NCBI GenBank assembly: GCA_046290465.1
Contig: JBKAGP010000001.1
Location: forward strand, 6,336,001-6,400,000
DNA from: Planctomycetota bacterium
Lineage (GTDB): Bacteria; Planctomycetota; UBA1135; UBA2386
Length of the DNA stretch: 64,000 nucleotides
Direction: 5' to 3'
Under the pieces are notes generated by a model. It was not told the DNA's origin, did not search any database, and was given only the letters and a program-made list of their open reading frames with translations. Below, piece after piece: positions 49,635 through 61,481 of this stretch (the stretch's first letter is position 1; each line of letters opens with the position of its first letter). The translations under genes and the position numbers were made by a program.

Positions 49635-52364
49635 GTGCGAAGCCTGCTCGTGCTGCTGGTGGTGTCGGTGTTGGCCGCGGGTCTCGCCTGGCTCGCCTGC
49701 CTCGCCTGGGCGCCCGGCGACCCGGGACGGTCCGTTGCGCCCGCAGCCGGCGCGTCGCCCGCGAGCACCGAGCCCCCGGACGCAGGGCGCAACGAGATCG
49801 GTCCGGGGGCGGACCCACTCGCAGGCGATGCTCTGGATCGCGCTGCGGCTGTGCCGCGCACGGGGTTCCGGGTGCGGGTGGTCGTGCCCGACGGGGTCGG
49901 CACGCCGGTTCGGCTGCGAGCGTGGCGTCAGGATCGCCGCGCGCTCACCGAGGCGGCCGTGGCCGCGTTCGATTCGGACGGGCGGGCGCTGTTGGCCGTG
50001 CCCGAGGGCTCGTACCGGTTCAGCTTCGACGGGGGCGGCGTGGTGCGCGAAGCGCTGCGTCAGCGTTACGCCGTGCGCGACGGCGAACTGCGCGAACTGG
50101 CGCTGCGCGGGTGCGCGCCGGGCACGATCACCGGCCGCGTGCTCGACGCCGATGGCCGGCCCCTGCCGGACGTCGTCGTCGAGGTGCCGGAGTGGGATGC
50201 GGGCCGCGCCGACGGTGGCGATCCCTGGTGGCGCACGCAGTCGGACCTGTCCGGGCGGTTTGCGATCGGCGGCCTCGCCCCCGGTCATCAGTCGCTGTCG
50301 TTCCGACACCCGCGCCACGCCGCCCGCGATGGCCAGGGCGAGCTGTTGACGGCTGGGCTACGCACCGACATCGGCGACGTGCGCATGTCCAGAGGGCAGA
50401 CCCTGCGCGGCCGGGTTCTGGACGGCGACCGGAACGCCTTGCCCGATGCGACGGTGGCACTGCTCGGCACGAGGCGTTCGGTCGAGGTCGATGCCGCGGG
50501 TCGGTTCGAACTCGACCGGATGCCGACGCACGGCGAACTGCGCATCGTCTGCGAGGGGTTCCAGGACGCGGAGATCCAGATCGGTCCGGCCGATGGCTAC
50601 GACAGCGGGCGTCGATCGTGGCCGGACCTGTCCATACCCCTCGACGTCATGTTGTCGCCCAGCATGTGTGTTCGTGGAACGGTCTCCGGAGGCCACGGGG
50701 CCGCGAAGGTGGTCGTGCGCAACTACGCGCTGGGCACCTGCTGGCACACCGAGCCCGAGGTCGGCGTCGACGGCACGTTCGTCGCCGATCGGCTGCACGC
50801 CGGCCGCACCGAGATCCAGGCGCGCGTGCCGGGCGTCGGCTACTCGGATCTGGTGCGCCTCGACGTCGACGGACGCGACCACCAGGTCGAACTCGCGGTG
50901 CGGCCGACGCGCAGCCTGATCGTTGCGGTTCGCGATGATGCCGGAGCGCGGATCGCGGATGCTGCCGTGACGATCGACGGCTACAGCGAGAACCTCGTGT
51001 TTCCGTGCATCTTCGACAGCTTCTCCAACAAGGAGACCCGATCGACCGACGCACGGGGCGACGCGACGTTCGGCGGCGTCTTCGACGGACGGTGGAACGT
51101 GCAGGTGGTGGCGAAGGGGCACCTGCCGAAGAAGGTCGAGCTGCACCTGGGGCACCAGCTCGAGCGCACCGAGGTGCGCCTGCAGCGCGCTGGCCGCCTG
51201 CTGGTCGCGGTGCGCGGCCTGCCGCTGGAACGGGAGTCCGAGTTCTCCGTGTTCCACCGGCGGGGCGACGGCAGACCGGTCGAGCTGAGGCTGCGCGACG
51301 CGGCGTTCGGTGTCGACCTCGAGCCGGGTTCGTACGAGGTCTTCCTCGGGCCGCGCAGCTACCGCATGACGATGCTCGGGGACCGCGTGAGGTCCGCGCC
51401 GACGCGCACCGTGCAGCTGGCCGCGGGGGCGGCGCTGACCTGCGAGCTGGACTACCGCCCCGCGCCGCTCGTGCACGGCAGCCTGACGATACCAGCGTGG
51501 GTCGAAGGCCCGGTGGTGGTCTACGCGCTGTCGCCCGACGATTGGCAGGAGCGACGCCGGCATGCGCACTTCCTCGACTTCAACCTGGAGCTGTACGGGC
51601 GGCGCGCCGAGTGCGCGCGCGACGGCACGTTCTCGTTCGGGCTCGCCGAGCCCGGCACGTGGTTCTTCGCGGCGACGCTGCCGACGACGTCGATCCCGGT
51701 GCCGCTCGGCGCCCGCCAACTCGAGGGGGAAGCCCACGTGCCGTTCGACCTGCCGCGCGGCGTGTTGCGCGGGCACCTCGACCCGGGCTTCCGGCGCGCC
51801 GACGGCTCGTGGCCGAAGGTCCTCCTGGAGCCCGCGTTCCTGGCCAGGCACAACCCGTTCTTCCGGCTGGCGGACGTCGGCACGGCCACGCACCTGCAGA
51901 TGTTCGGGCGCCGACCGGCGGCGGACGGTTCGTTCGTCATCGGCCCGCTCGCGCCGGGGACCTGGACGATGACGATCCGTGAGCGGCGCCGTCCGGTGTT
52001 CGTGCGCGGGTTCGACGTCGCGGCAGCGCCGATCGAACTCGGCCTGGTCGCGAGGCCTGCAGCCGGGCCGCTGACGGTTGCGGTCGAGAACCCGGTGTCG
52101 GGCCGTCAGGCCGTGCTGCGGGCGGCCGGTTCTTCGGCCGGGAGCGGAGCGTTCCTGGTGCGGGCGAGCGACACGGATGGGGCGCTGCGGTTCGGGGACC
52201 TGCCGTTCGGCGATTACGAACTCGATCTCCGTGAGCACCTCGGCCTCGATGGCGTGCCCGTCACGGAGGTCCTGTTCGGCCGGGAGACGGCGCCTCTGGG
52301 AGTTGCGATCCGGCATCGACCCGCGGGTGTCGAGCCGGCGTCGGTGCGGTATCCGGGACGGTAG
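49635..52364 (+). CDS. Membrane-anchored protein with tandem carboxypeptidase-regulatory-like (beta-sandwich) domains
   Basis: N-terminal TM, then repeated ITGRVLDADGRPL / LRGRVLDGDRNAL / VRDDAGARI units and TD..G.F...L.PG motifs. Confidence 0.75.
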   Translation: MRSLLVLLVVSVLAAGLAWLACLAWAPGDPGRSVAPAAGASPASTEPPDAGRNEIGPGADPLAGDALDRAAAVPRTGFRVRVVVPDGVGTPVRLRAWRQDRRALTEAAVAAFDSDGRALLAVPEGSYRFSFDGGGVVREALRQRYAVRDGELRELALRGCAPGTITGRVLDADGRPLPDVVVEVPEWDAGRADGGDPWWRTQSDLSGRFAIGGLAPGHQSLSFRHPRHAARDGQGELLTAGLRTDIGDVRMSRGQTLRGRVLDGDRNALPDATVALLGTRRSVEVDAAGRFELDRMPTHGELRIVCEGFQDAEIQIGPADGYDSGRRSWPDLSIPLDVMLSPSMCVRGTVSGGHGAAKVVVRNYALGTCWHTEPEVGVDGTFVADRLHAGRTEIQARVPGVGYSDLVRLDVDGRDHQVELAVRPTRSLIVAVRDDAGARIADAAVTIDGYSENLVFPCIFDSFSNKETRSTDARGDATFGGVFDGRWNVQVVAKGHLPKKVELHLGHQLERTEVRLQRAGRLLVAVRGLPLERESEFSVFHRRGDGRPVELRLRDAAFGVDLEPGSYEVFLGPRSYRMTMLGDRVRSAPTRTVQLAAGAALTCELDYRPAPLVHGSLTIPAWVEGPVVVYALSPDDWQERRRHAHFLDFNLELYGRRAECARDGTFSFGLAEPGTWFFAATLPTTSIPVPLGARQLEGEAHVPFDLPRGVLRGHLDPGFRRADGSWPKVLLEPAFLARHNPFFRLADVGTATHLQMFGRRPAADGSFVIGPLAPGTWTMTIRERRRPVFVRGFDVAAAPIELGLVARPAAGPLTVAVENPVSGRQAVLRAAGSSAGSGAFLVRASDTDGALRFGDLPFGDYELDLREHLGLDGVPVTEVLFGRETAPLGVAIRHRPAGVEPASVRYPGR

Positions 52365-52540
52365 CCGACGAAGGACCTCCGGCTCCGTGCGCGCGCCATC
52401 GCCTTTTGCGAGCGCGCGCCGTATCGCGAGGTCTAGCCGTGCGAGCCGAAGCTCGAACTTTCTGAAGCACGCGGCAGCAGGCGGGCATGGAAGGGGCGCG
52501 GCGCGAATGGGCGCAGCGCTTCTTGAACTCGCTTCTTCCG

Positions 52541-54256
52541 ATGCAAAAGATCCTCTGTGGCGCGCTGGCGACGGCGCTCTGTTCGATGGCTGCCGCGCAG
52601 GTCGGCAACGCCTTCTTCGTGTCTCCGGCCGGTAGTGATTCCAATTTCGGGATCTCGCCGACGCAGGCGTTCCGAACCCTCGGTCAGGCCGTCAGCGTTG
52701 CGACGGGTCCCGGCCCGTACAGCATCCATCTGCGTGCCGACGGCACCTATGCGGCGCCGGCGTCCCTGCAAACGAACGGCATCTCGATCGTCGCCTACCA
52801 GGCCGTTGCCGGACAGCGACCGCGGATCACGGGCACGCTGCGTGTCGACGATGCGACCTATGCGGGCGCGACGGCCTCGCGGCTCGAGAACCTGACCCTC
52901 GAGAACGTCGTCCTGCCCAGCGGCGGCAGCGTTGAGATTCGTCGGTGCCTGTTCGACTACGCCGCGGCAAACCCGAATGGCGCGGACCCTCGCAACATCG
53001 CGATCGCCGTCGAGCGGCCCGACGGGACCGAGTCGACCCACGTGATCGAGTACTGCGAGTTCACGCCGGCAGCGACGGGCACCAACTACAACATCGGGAT
53101 CCAGAACTTCGGCACCGGCCCGGTCGATCCGGAGGGCGTCAGCAGCCTGCTGATCCGCTCCAATCAGTTCACGAACGTCTTCTCCGCCATCCAGATGCAG
53201 TCGGATGACGACGACAACTGCTATCCGAGGATCGCTTCGAACGCCGTTCGTCGCTCGCAGCGCGTGATGTACTTCGAGCACTGCGCACCGTTCTGCGTGA
53301 ACAACTCGGTCGACGAGTTCGTCTTGCACGGTGCCGGATACGACGGCTCGGCGGAGACGTGGGGCATCCGCTTCGAGAGTTGCGCATCGTTCGAGTGCTC
53401 GAACAACATCGTCTGGTTCGTCGACCCGAACGCGACCGGCAACGACGACATCATCGTGTCGCAGTCGACCGGTGTGCTGCGCAAGAACCACCTCTCCGAC
53501 CGCCCGCTCACGACCTACCCGTACGTGGCGGGTGCCTTCCCGAGGATCCCGTTCTCCAGCGCTCGTGCGACGGGGGGCAACGCGACCATCGTGCAGGCCC
53601 CGGCAACCATGACCGTCCCATTCGGGTCGGGCAGCGTGCGGGTCGACGTGCCGGTCGATTTCGAGGGCGACATGAGGACCACGCAGGCTGCTTCGGGGGC
53701 CGCGCCGACGGTGGCGCAGGGCGCCGACCAGGTCAACCAGGCCAGTGGGGCGGCGCCGTTCCATCGGCTCGCCCTCGACGTCGCCGCGTCGAACGGTGCC
53801 GTGGATGCGGTCGGCAACTGGTTCTTGTCGGACGATGGTTCGGGCAGCCTGTCGACGCAGCCCGTCGTGCTCAGCTCGACCGGCTTGTTGCCCGGCACGT
53901 CGGCGGCTCCGGCAACGGCCCTGCTCTATGCCAACGTGCTTCCCACCGGTTCTGTATCGCCGTGGAGCGCCGTCAACCTGCACGCCTTCGACAGCACCCT
54001 CGGTTCGGTCACCTTCCTGCCCTCGGTGACCAACGACCAGGCCAATGCCGGCGCGCTGGTCGTCGACGGCTTTCCGGTGATCCAGTACCCGGCCGCAGGC
54101 GTGACGAATGCGACGTGGACGATCCCGTCGTTCACTCCGAACGGCGCGCTGATCGGGCTGGAAGTCCACCTGCAGGTCGCCTCGATCGCGAGTTCCGTGC
54201 ACGGCATGGCCTCCAATCGGGTGACGCTGCGGCTGACCCTCGATCCGGCCTACTGA
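52541..54256 (+). CDS. Secreted beta-helix (DUF1565/pectin-lyase-like) protein with the conserved C-terminal domain
   Basis: Signal peptide ending AAA-Q, FFVSPAGSDSN.G.SP..AFRTL.QA, DFEGD.R...GAD, and the C-terminus PNGALIGLEVHLQ...SNRVTLRL. Confidence 0.78.
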   Translation: MQKILCGALATALCSMAAAQVGNAFFVSPAGSDSNFGISPTQAFRTLGQAVSVATGPGPYSIHLRADGTYAAPASLQTNGISIVAYQAVAGQRPRITGTLRVDDATYAGATASRLENLTLENVVLPSGGSVEIRRCLFDYAAANPNGADPRNIAIAVERPDGTESTHVIEYCEFTPAATGTNYNIGIQNFGTGPVDPEGVSSLLIRSNQFTNVFSAIQMQSDDDDNCYPRIASNAVRRSQRVMYFEHCAPFCVNNSVDEFVLHGAGYDGSAETWGIRFESCASFECSNNIVWFVDPNATGNDDIIVSQSTGVLRKNHLSDRPLTTYPYVAGAFPRIPFSSARATGGNATIVQAPATMTVPFGSGSVRVDVPVDFEGDMRTTQAASGAAPTVAQGADQVNQASGAAPFHRLALDVAASNGAVDAVGNWFLSDDGSGSLSTQPVVLSSTGLLPGTSAAPATALLYANVLPTGSVSPWSAVNLHAFDSTLGSVTFLPSVTNDQANAGALVVDGFPVIQYPAAGVTNATWTIPSFTPNGALIGLEVHLQVASIASSVHGMASNRVTLRLTLDPAY

Positions 54257-54409
54257 GATGTCCTGCTGAGGGAGCCTGCTCCGCGGCTCCGATTGGCGGG
54301 GCGGATCGGTCCGCGCTCCAGCGAGAGCGGCATGGGCGGCGGATCGACGGCGGTTCGCCCGTTCCCTGGCTCGATCTGGGCCGCCCCTCGCCGTAGAATC
54401 GCGCGGCCC

Positions 54410-55393
54410 ATGAGCGACTCCTCGACCAAGCCGGCCGTGCAAGACGGCCTCGCCTTCGAGCGGCCCCTGACCGACCTGCAGACCAAGATCGACGAGTTGC
54501 GCAGCCTCAACAGCGGCTCGCACCTCGAACTGCAGGGGGAGATCGAGCTGCTCGAAGAGCGGCTCAAGCGGCAGACCGAGGAGGTCTACGCCGGGCTGTC
54601 GCCGTGGGAGCGCGTCAACGTCGCGCGCCACGCCGACCGCCCGCTGACCCAGGACTACATCACGATGATGCTCGACGACTTCGTCGAGCTGCACGGCGAC
54701 CGCGTCTACGGCGACGACCGCGCGATCGTGACGGGCCTGGCGACGATGGGGGAGCACCGCTTCCTGCTGGTCGGCCACCGCAAGGGCAAGACGGTCAAGG
54801 ACCGGCTGGCGTGCAACTTCGGCTGCGCGCACCCCGAGGGCTACCGCAAGGCGCTCGAGAAGATGAAGCTCGCGCAGAAGCTGAAGCTGCCGATCATCAC
54901 GTTCATCAACACCCCGGGCGCCTACCCCGGCATCGGCGCCGAGGAGCGCGGCCAGGCCGCGGCGATCGCGCGCAACATCCTCGAGATGTTCGCGATCGAG
55001 GTGCCGATCATCTCGCTGGTGATCGGCGAGGGCGGTTCGGGCGGCGCGCTCGGCATCGGCGTCGGCGACCGCGTCGGCATGATGGAGAACAGCTACTACT
55101 CGGTGATCTCGCCGGAGGGTTGCGCCGCGATCCTGTGGAAGAGCGGCGAGAAGGCGCCGGAGGCCGCCGAGGCGCTCAAGCTGACCAGCAAGGACCTGCT
55201 GCGGCTGGGGCTGGTCGACAAGGTGATCGACGAGCCGCTCGGTGGCGCGCATCGCGACAACAAGGGTGCGATCGCCAACGTGCGCGCACAGCTCGAGCAG
55301 TGGCTGGTCGAGCTGAAGGCGCTGCCGACCGCGGAATTGCTGGAGCAGCGCTACCAGAAGTTCCGCCACATGGGCACGCCGGTCGAGGTCTAG
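54410..55393 (+). CDS. accA: Acetyl-CoA carboxylase carboxyltransferase alpha subunit
   Basis: FE.PL, ELHGDR...DD.AIV, PEGYRKA, GAYPGIGAEERGQ, IGEGGSGGAL, YSVISPEGCAAILW and EPLGGAHR motifs. Confidence 0.97.
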   Translation: MSDSSTKPAVQDGLAFERPLTDLQTKIDELRSLNSGSHLELQGEIELLEERLKRQTEEVYAGLSPWERVNVARHADRPLTQDYITMMLDDFVELHGDRVYGDDRAIVTGLATMGEHRFLLVGHRKGKTVKDRLACNFGCAHPEGYRKALEKMKLAQKLKLPIITFINTPGAYPGIGAEERGQAAAIARNILEMFAIEVPIISLVIGEGGSGGALGIGVGDRVGMMENSYYSVISPEGCAAILWKSGEKAPEAAEALKLTSKDLLRLGLVDKVIDEPLGGAHRDNKGAIANVRAQLEQWLVELKALPTAELLEQRYQKFRHMGTPVEV

Positions 55394-55494
55394 TGGGCTG
55401 GCCCGCCGTGGTTTGCGGCGACATATCTGCGACCGGGAGTTTTTGGTCGGCGCCCACACTGAGGGGGGCTCGTCCGTAGACTGACGGACCGAGC

Positions 55495-56178
55495 ATGGAA
55501 GCCAAACGCTCCTTTTCCTCCAACGCCGCGCGCGCCCGCGCCGGCTCGACCGACGCCTGGAGCGGCCTGCCGAGCCGCCTGCCGGCGTTGGTGCACGAGC
55601 TGGCCAGCGACGGCGCCGTCAGCGACGCCGAACTGGTCCGCCGCAGCCTCAGTGGCGAGCACGATCCGTTCGCCGCGCTGGTCGCCCGCTACCAGAAGCG
55701 CGCCTTCTGGATCGCGTTCCACGTCGTCGGCCGCGTCGAGGACGCGCGCGACATCAGCCAGGAAGCCTTCGTGCGGCTGTTCCGGTCCCTGGACCGCTAC
55801 GACTACGCGCGCAGCTTCTACACGTGGTTCTACCGGATCGTCATGAACCTGGCGATCGACCAGCTGCGCAAGCGCAAGAGCTCCAAGGCGAGCAGCAGCC
55901 TCGACGAGATGCCGGGCGCGATGCCGGACGAACGCGAGGGCGAGGCGCACCAGCCGCTCGAGCGCGCCGAGCAGAACGACCAGGTCTGGGAGGTGCTCGA
56001 CACGCTCGACGCCAAGTTCCGGGCGGTGCTGGTCATGCGCGACATCCACGGCCTGAGCTGCCGCGAGATCGCGCCGATCCTCAAGGTCACGCACGCGACC
56101 GCGCGCTGGCGTCTGCACCGCGGCCGCCAGATGTTCCGCGACCACTGGGAGCGTCGCTACGGGGAGGAGCAGCGATGA
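55495..56178 (+). CDS. ECF-type RNA polymerase sigma factor
   Basis: Region 2 (DA.DI.QEAF.R...F.TW.YRI..N..ID.LR) and region 4 (GLS..EIA..L....T.RWRLHRGR). Confidence 0.93.
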   Translation: MEAKRSFSSNAARARAGSTDAWSGLPSRLPALVHELASDGAVSDAELVRRSLSGEHDPFAALVARYQKRAFWIAFHVVGRVEDARDISQEAFVRLFRSLDRYDYARSFYTWFYRIVMNLAIDQLRKRKSSKASSSLDEMPGAMPDEREGEAHQPLERAEQNDQVWEVLDTLDAKFRAVLVMRDIHGLSCREIAPILKVTHATARWRLHRGRQMFRDHWERRYGEEQR

Positions 56179-56912
56179 TCCCGTCGCCGTTGCCAGACGT
56201 GTGCCAGCGCATCTCGCCGCTGCTCGCCGGCTTCGTCGGCGAGGAGTTGCCGCAGGAGCAGTTCGAGCAGGTGCAGGACCACCTGCGGGACTGCACCGGC
56301 TGTCGTCGCGAGGCCGCCGACTACCTGCAGGCCAACAAGGCGCTGCAGAGCGCCGCGTTCGCCGTGGCCGAACGGGACGAGGTGCCGTTCGACGAGATGC
56401 ACCACCAGATCCTGCAGGCGGTCGATCGCGAGGCCGACCAGATGGCGGCGCGTCGTGAGCCGGTCTGGGGCATGCGGCTGATGGTGTTCGCCGCCGCCGT
56501 GATGCTGGCGTCGTTCGGCTTCTGGCTGGCGGCGCGCGACCAGGTCGAGGACCCGATCTGGAAGCGGCCGGGCAGCACCGCGCCGGCGTTCTCCGGCCCG
56601 GTCGCGGACCACGTCGTGGTGCCGTATGCGGGCCAGCCGGCGGAGATCCAGCCGGTCGGGCTCGACCAGCCGGGTGCGGTCGAGGTCGGCGTGCCGCCGG
56701 GCATGGGGGGGCGTGGCTCGCTGCGTCACGACGTCGAGATCCTGCCGCCGGTGCAGTACGACCGGGTCGAGACCCAAGAGGCGGAAGGCCAGCAGGCGGA
56801 AGGCCAGCAGAAGGGCGACCAGAAGGGTGACGGCCAGAAGGGTGACAGCCAGAAGGGTGACGGCCAGAGGGGCAGCACCAAGGCCAAGACCGACCTGCGC
56901 CGCGTTCGCTGA
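56175..56912 (+). CDS. Zinc-finger (zf-HC2) membrane anti-sigma factor
   Basis: C...HLRDCTGC motif, a single TM helix, ATGA-coupled to the sigma gene. Confidence 0.88.
   Translation: MIPSPLPDVCQRISPLLAGFVGEELPQEQFEQVQDHLRDCTGCRREAADYLQANKALQSAAFAVAERDEVPFDEMHHQILQAVDREADQMAARREPVWGMRLMVFAAAVMLASFGFWLAARDQVEDPIWKRPGSTAPAFSGPVADHVVVPYAGQPAEIQPVGLDQPGAVEVGVPPGMGGRGSLRHDVEILPPVQYDRVETQEAEGQQAEGQQKGDQKGDGQKGDSQKGDGQRGSTKAKTDLRRVR
56781..56870. repeat. 15-bp tandem repeats in the anti-sigma C-terminus
   Basis: (gcggaaggccagcag)x2 followed by three ggtgacggccagaag-like units, encoding AEGQQ and GDGQK repeats. Confidence 0.8.
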
Positions 56913-57022
56913 AGCGGCGCGGCAACGGCTCGCAAGGGCCAGTCCGCAAAGGCCAGTGGGGAGTCTTGGGCGCGCTGCTGCGTCGTGCTGCGCCGAGAGC
57001 CTGACCCCGCTCCACAGAACCT

Positions 57023-58252
57023 ATGCGAACGATCCTGCTGACCAGCGCGCTTCTGTCCACCTTGGCCTTCGCCCAGGAGCAGAAGCCGTCTCCTTCCGTC
57101 GAAGTCCGCGCCGTCGAAGGCGCCGCCAAGTGGATCCAGCAGCTCGGCAGCGATAGCTACCGCGACCGGCTGCAGGCCGAGAACGAGCTGCGCAAGCTCG
57201 GCGAGACCGCCAGGAAGGCGCTCGAGGCGGCAGCCAAGGATGACGGCGACAGCGAGGTGCAGTGGCGCGCCAAGCGCCTGCTTCGTCAGATCGGCAAGGC
57301 GAACGCGCGCGACGCCGGAGACGGCGCCGGCCGTGGCCTCGTCGAGCGCGGCCGCGATCGCGCGCCAGAGGGGCGCGAGCCCGAGATCGTCGAGCGGGGC
57401 GAGCGGCGCGGTGCGCCGCGCGACCTCGGCGACATGCGCGCCGAGTTCGACCGCATCTTCAAGCGCTTCGAAGAGATGGGCCTCGACGTGCCGAGCCGCC
57501 GCTTCTTCGACGAGCCGTTCTTCAAGGACCTCGAATCGCAGCTCGATCGCGGCCCCGCCGGCGCGCGTGCCGGGCAGAGCATGAACGTGCAGATCGGTCC
57601 CGATGGCGTGCGCGTCGAGGTGACCGATGCCGGCGAGGACGGCAAGCCCGAGACCAAGGTCTACGAGGCCGAGGACATGGAGGCGTTCCAGAAGAAGCAC
57701 CCGGGCGTGCTGAAGGGCAACGGCCTGCGCATGGGCTTCGGCGGGCCGGGGCTCGACCTCGACCTCGACAACCTGCGCGGCCGCGTCGGCGAGCTGCAGC
57801 GCGGCTTCGACTGGGACCTGGTCCGACCGCGCGTGCTGCGCCTGCCGCAGGCCGGCGAGGTCGAACTGGACGAACTGCCGGCGGCGCCGATGCCGCAGCG
57901 CGGCCGTCGCCTGGGCATCACCACCAAGCCGATCCCCGACGCGCTGCGTGACTACCTGGAGCTGGGTCCGAAGGGCCTGATGGTCGGTGAGGTGCAGGAT
58001 GGCACGCTGGCCAAGGCCTGCGGCCTGCAGGTCGACGACATCGTCGTCGCGATCGGTGGCAAGGAGATCGCCTCACCGGCGGACGTCGCCGAGGCGCTCG
58101 GCGCGATCAGCAAGGGCACGACCGTGCGCGTCGAATACGTGCGTCGCGGCCAGCGCAAGACCGCCGAGGCCGAGAAGCAGCACGACGCCGCGCCGAAGCG
58201 CGAGCCGATCAAGCCCGCCGCCACCCCGAAGCCGCGCCAACGGATCCGCTGA
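57023..58252 (+). CDS. Secreted PDZ-domain protein without a protease domain
   Basis: Signal peptide ending AFA-Q, an N-terminal helical HEAT-like unit, and a C-terminal PDZ (RLGI...GL.VGEVQDGT.A..CGLQVDDIVVAI...V.VEYVRRG). Confidence 0.85.
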   Translation: MRTILLTSALLSTLAFAQEQKPSPSVEVRAVEGAAKWIQQLGSDSYRDRLQAENELRKLGETARKALEAAAKDDGDSEVQWRAKRLLRQIGKANARDAGDGAGRGLVERGRDRAPEGREPEIVERGERRGAPRDLGDMRAEFDRIFKRFEEMGLDVPSRRFFDEPFFKDLESQLDRGPAGARAGQSMNVQIGPDGVRVEVTDAGEDGKPETKVYEAEDMEAFQKKHPGVLKGNGLRMGFGGPGLDLDLDNLRGRVGELQRGFDWDLVRPRVLRLPQAGEVELDELPAAPMPQRGRRLGITTKPIPDALRDYLELGPKGLMVGEVQDGTLAKACGLQVDDIVVAIGGKEIASPADVAEALGAISKGTTVRVEYVRRGQRKTAEAEKQHDAAPKREPIKPAATPKPRQRIR

Positions 58253-58355
58253 TCCGTCGTTCTGGTTCCGCGACAGGACCTCTCCAACCGGCGGGAGTCG
58301 GTCGGTCGGGAATCGTCATGGAGCCGAACTCGCGGAACCGAACCCAACGACCGGG

Positions 58356-59417
58356 TCAGGTGCTGGTGGCTTCGCGCAGGCGGAGCTGGCCGCAGGCGGC
58401 CGAACGGTCGGCGCCGCGCTGGCGGCGGACGGTGACGTTGAGGCCGCCGTGGCGGAGGTGGTCGGCGAACGCGTCGACGCGGTGGGGCTGCGGCCGCTGC
58501 AGGCCGTGCTGTTCGACGATCTCGTCGACCGGGTTCCACGGGATCAGGTTGACCGTGCACGGCATGCCGCGCAGCACGTCGATCATCACGTTGGCGTCCT
58601 GGCGACGGTCGTTCCTGCCCTCGAGCAGCACCACCTCGTAGGTCACCTCGCGGCCCTTCTGGCCGAAGTAGGCGTGCGCGGCCTGCACGATCTCGCGCAC
58701 CGGGCTGGTCGCGGTCGGCACCAGCTCCTTGCGCAGCGCGTCGTCGGCGGCGTGCAGGGAGACGGCGAGGTTGTAGCTCGGGTCGGCTTCGGCGAAGCGC
58801 TGCAGCTGCCGCGGGTAGCCCGACGTGCTGACGGTGATCCGGCGGGCGCCGAGGCCGATGCCGTCCGGGTCGTGGATGCGCTGCAGCGCCGGCAGCAGGC
58901 CGTCGAGGTTGAGCATCGGCTCGCCCATGCCCATCACCACCAGGTTGGTCAGCTTGCGGCCGTCGAGCCGGCTGCGCGCGACCAGCACCTGCTCGGCGAT
59001 CTCGCCGGCGCTCAGGTTGCGGCGCACGCCGAACATGCCCGACGCGCAGAACACGCAGCCGACCGGGCAGCCGACCTGGGTCGAGATGCACAGCGTGGTG
59101 CGTTCGCCGTCCGGGATGATCACGCACTCGACGGTGTCGCCGTCGGGCAGGCGTAGCAGCAGCTTCTCGGTGCCGTCGTCGGCCAGGTCGCTCTTGGCCA
59201 GCTCGGTCGCGCGCACCGTGTGGCCGGCCGACAGCGCGTCCTTGAGCTTCTGCGGCACGTTGCGCATGCCGTCGAGGTCCTCGACGCCGTGCTTCCACAG
59301 CCAGTGCGAGACCTGGCGCGCCTGGAACGGCTTGCCGCCCAGTTCGACGACCAGCTGGTTGAGCTCGTCGTCGGTCAGGTCGGTCAGCGGACGCGCGGCA
59401 GCGGGGGAGTCGCTCAC
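58356..59417 (-). CDS. rlmN: 23S rRNA/tRNA m2A radical SAM methyltransferase
   Basis: CISTQVGCPVGCVFCASG, MGMGEP, TVSTSG, AVSLHA, VNLIPWN and AACGQL motifs. Confidence 0.96.
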   Translation of the reverse strand: MSDSPAAARPLTDLTDDELNQLVVELGGKPFQARQVSHWLWKHGVEDLDGMRNVPQKLKDALSAGHTVRATELAKSDLADDGTEKLLLRLPDGDTVECVIIPDGERTTLCISTQVGCPVGCVFCASGMFGVRRNLSAGEIAEQVLVARSRLDGRKLTNLVVMGMGEPMLNLDGLLPALQRIHDPDGIGLGARRITVSTSGYPRQLQRFAEADPSYNLAVSLHAADDALRKELVPTATSPVREIVQAAHAYFGQKGREVTYEVVLLEGRNDRRQDANVMIDVLRGMPCTVNLIPWNPVDEIVEQHGLQRPQPHRVDAFADHLRHGGLNVTVRRQRGADRSAACGQLRLREATST

Positions 59418-59423
59418 GCGCGC

Positions 59424-60755
<1,332 letters not shown>

Positions 60756-60833
60756 TCGTTTCCTTGCGGGGATGCGCCCGATGGCGCCGACCCGATCCCC
60801 ATCCTAGCCCATGGGGACCGGGCCTTCACGGCC

Positions 60834-61433
<600 letters not shown>

Positions 61434-61481
61434 GGGCTCGTTTGCTCCTGGAGACGCCCCCGGCCGAGTCCGGGCCTGCGT

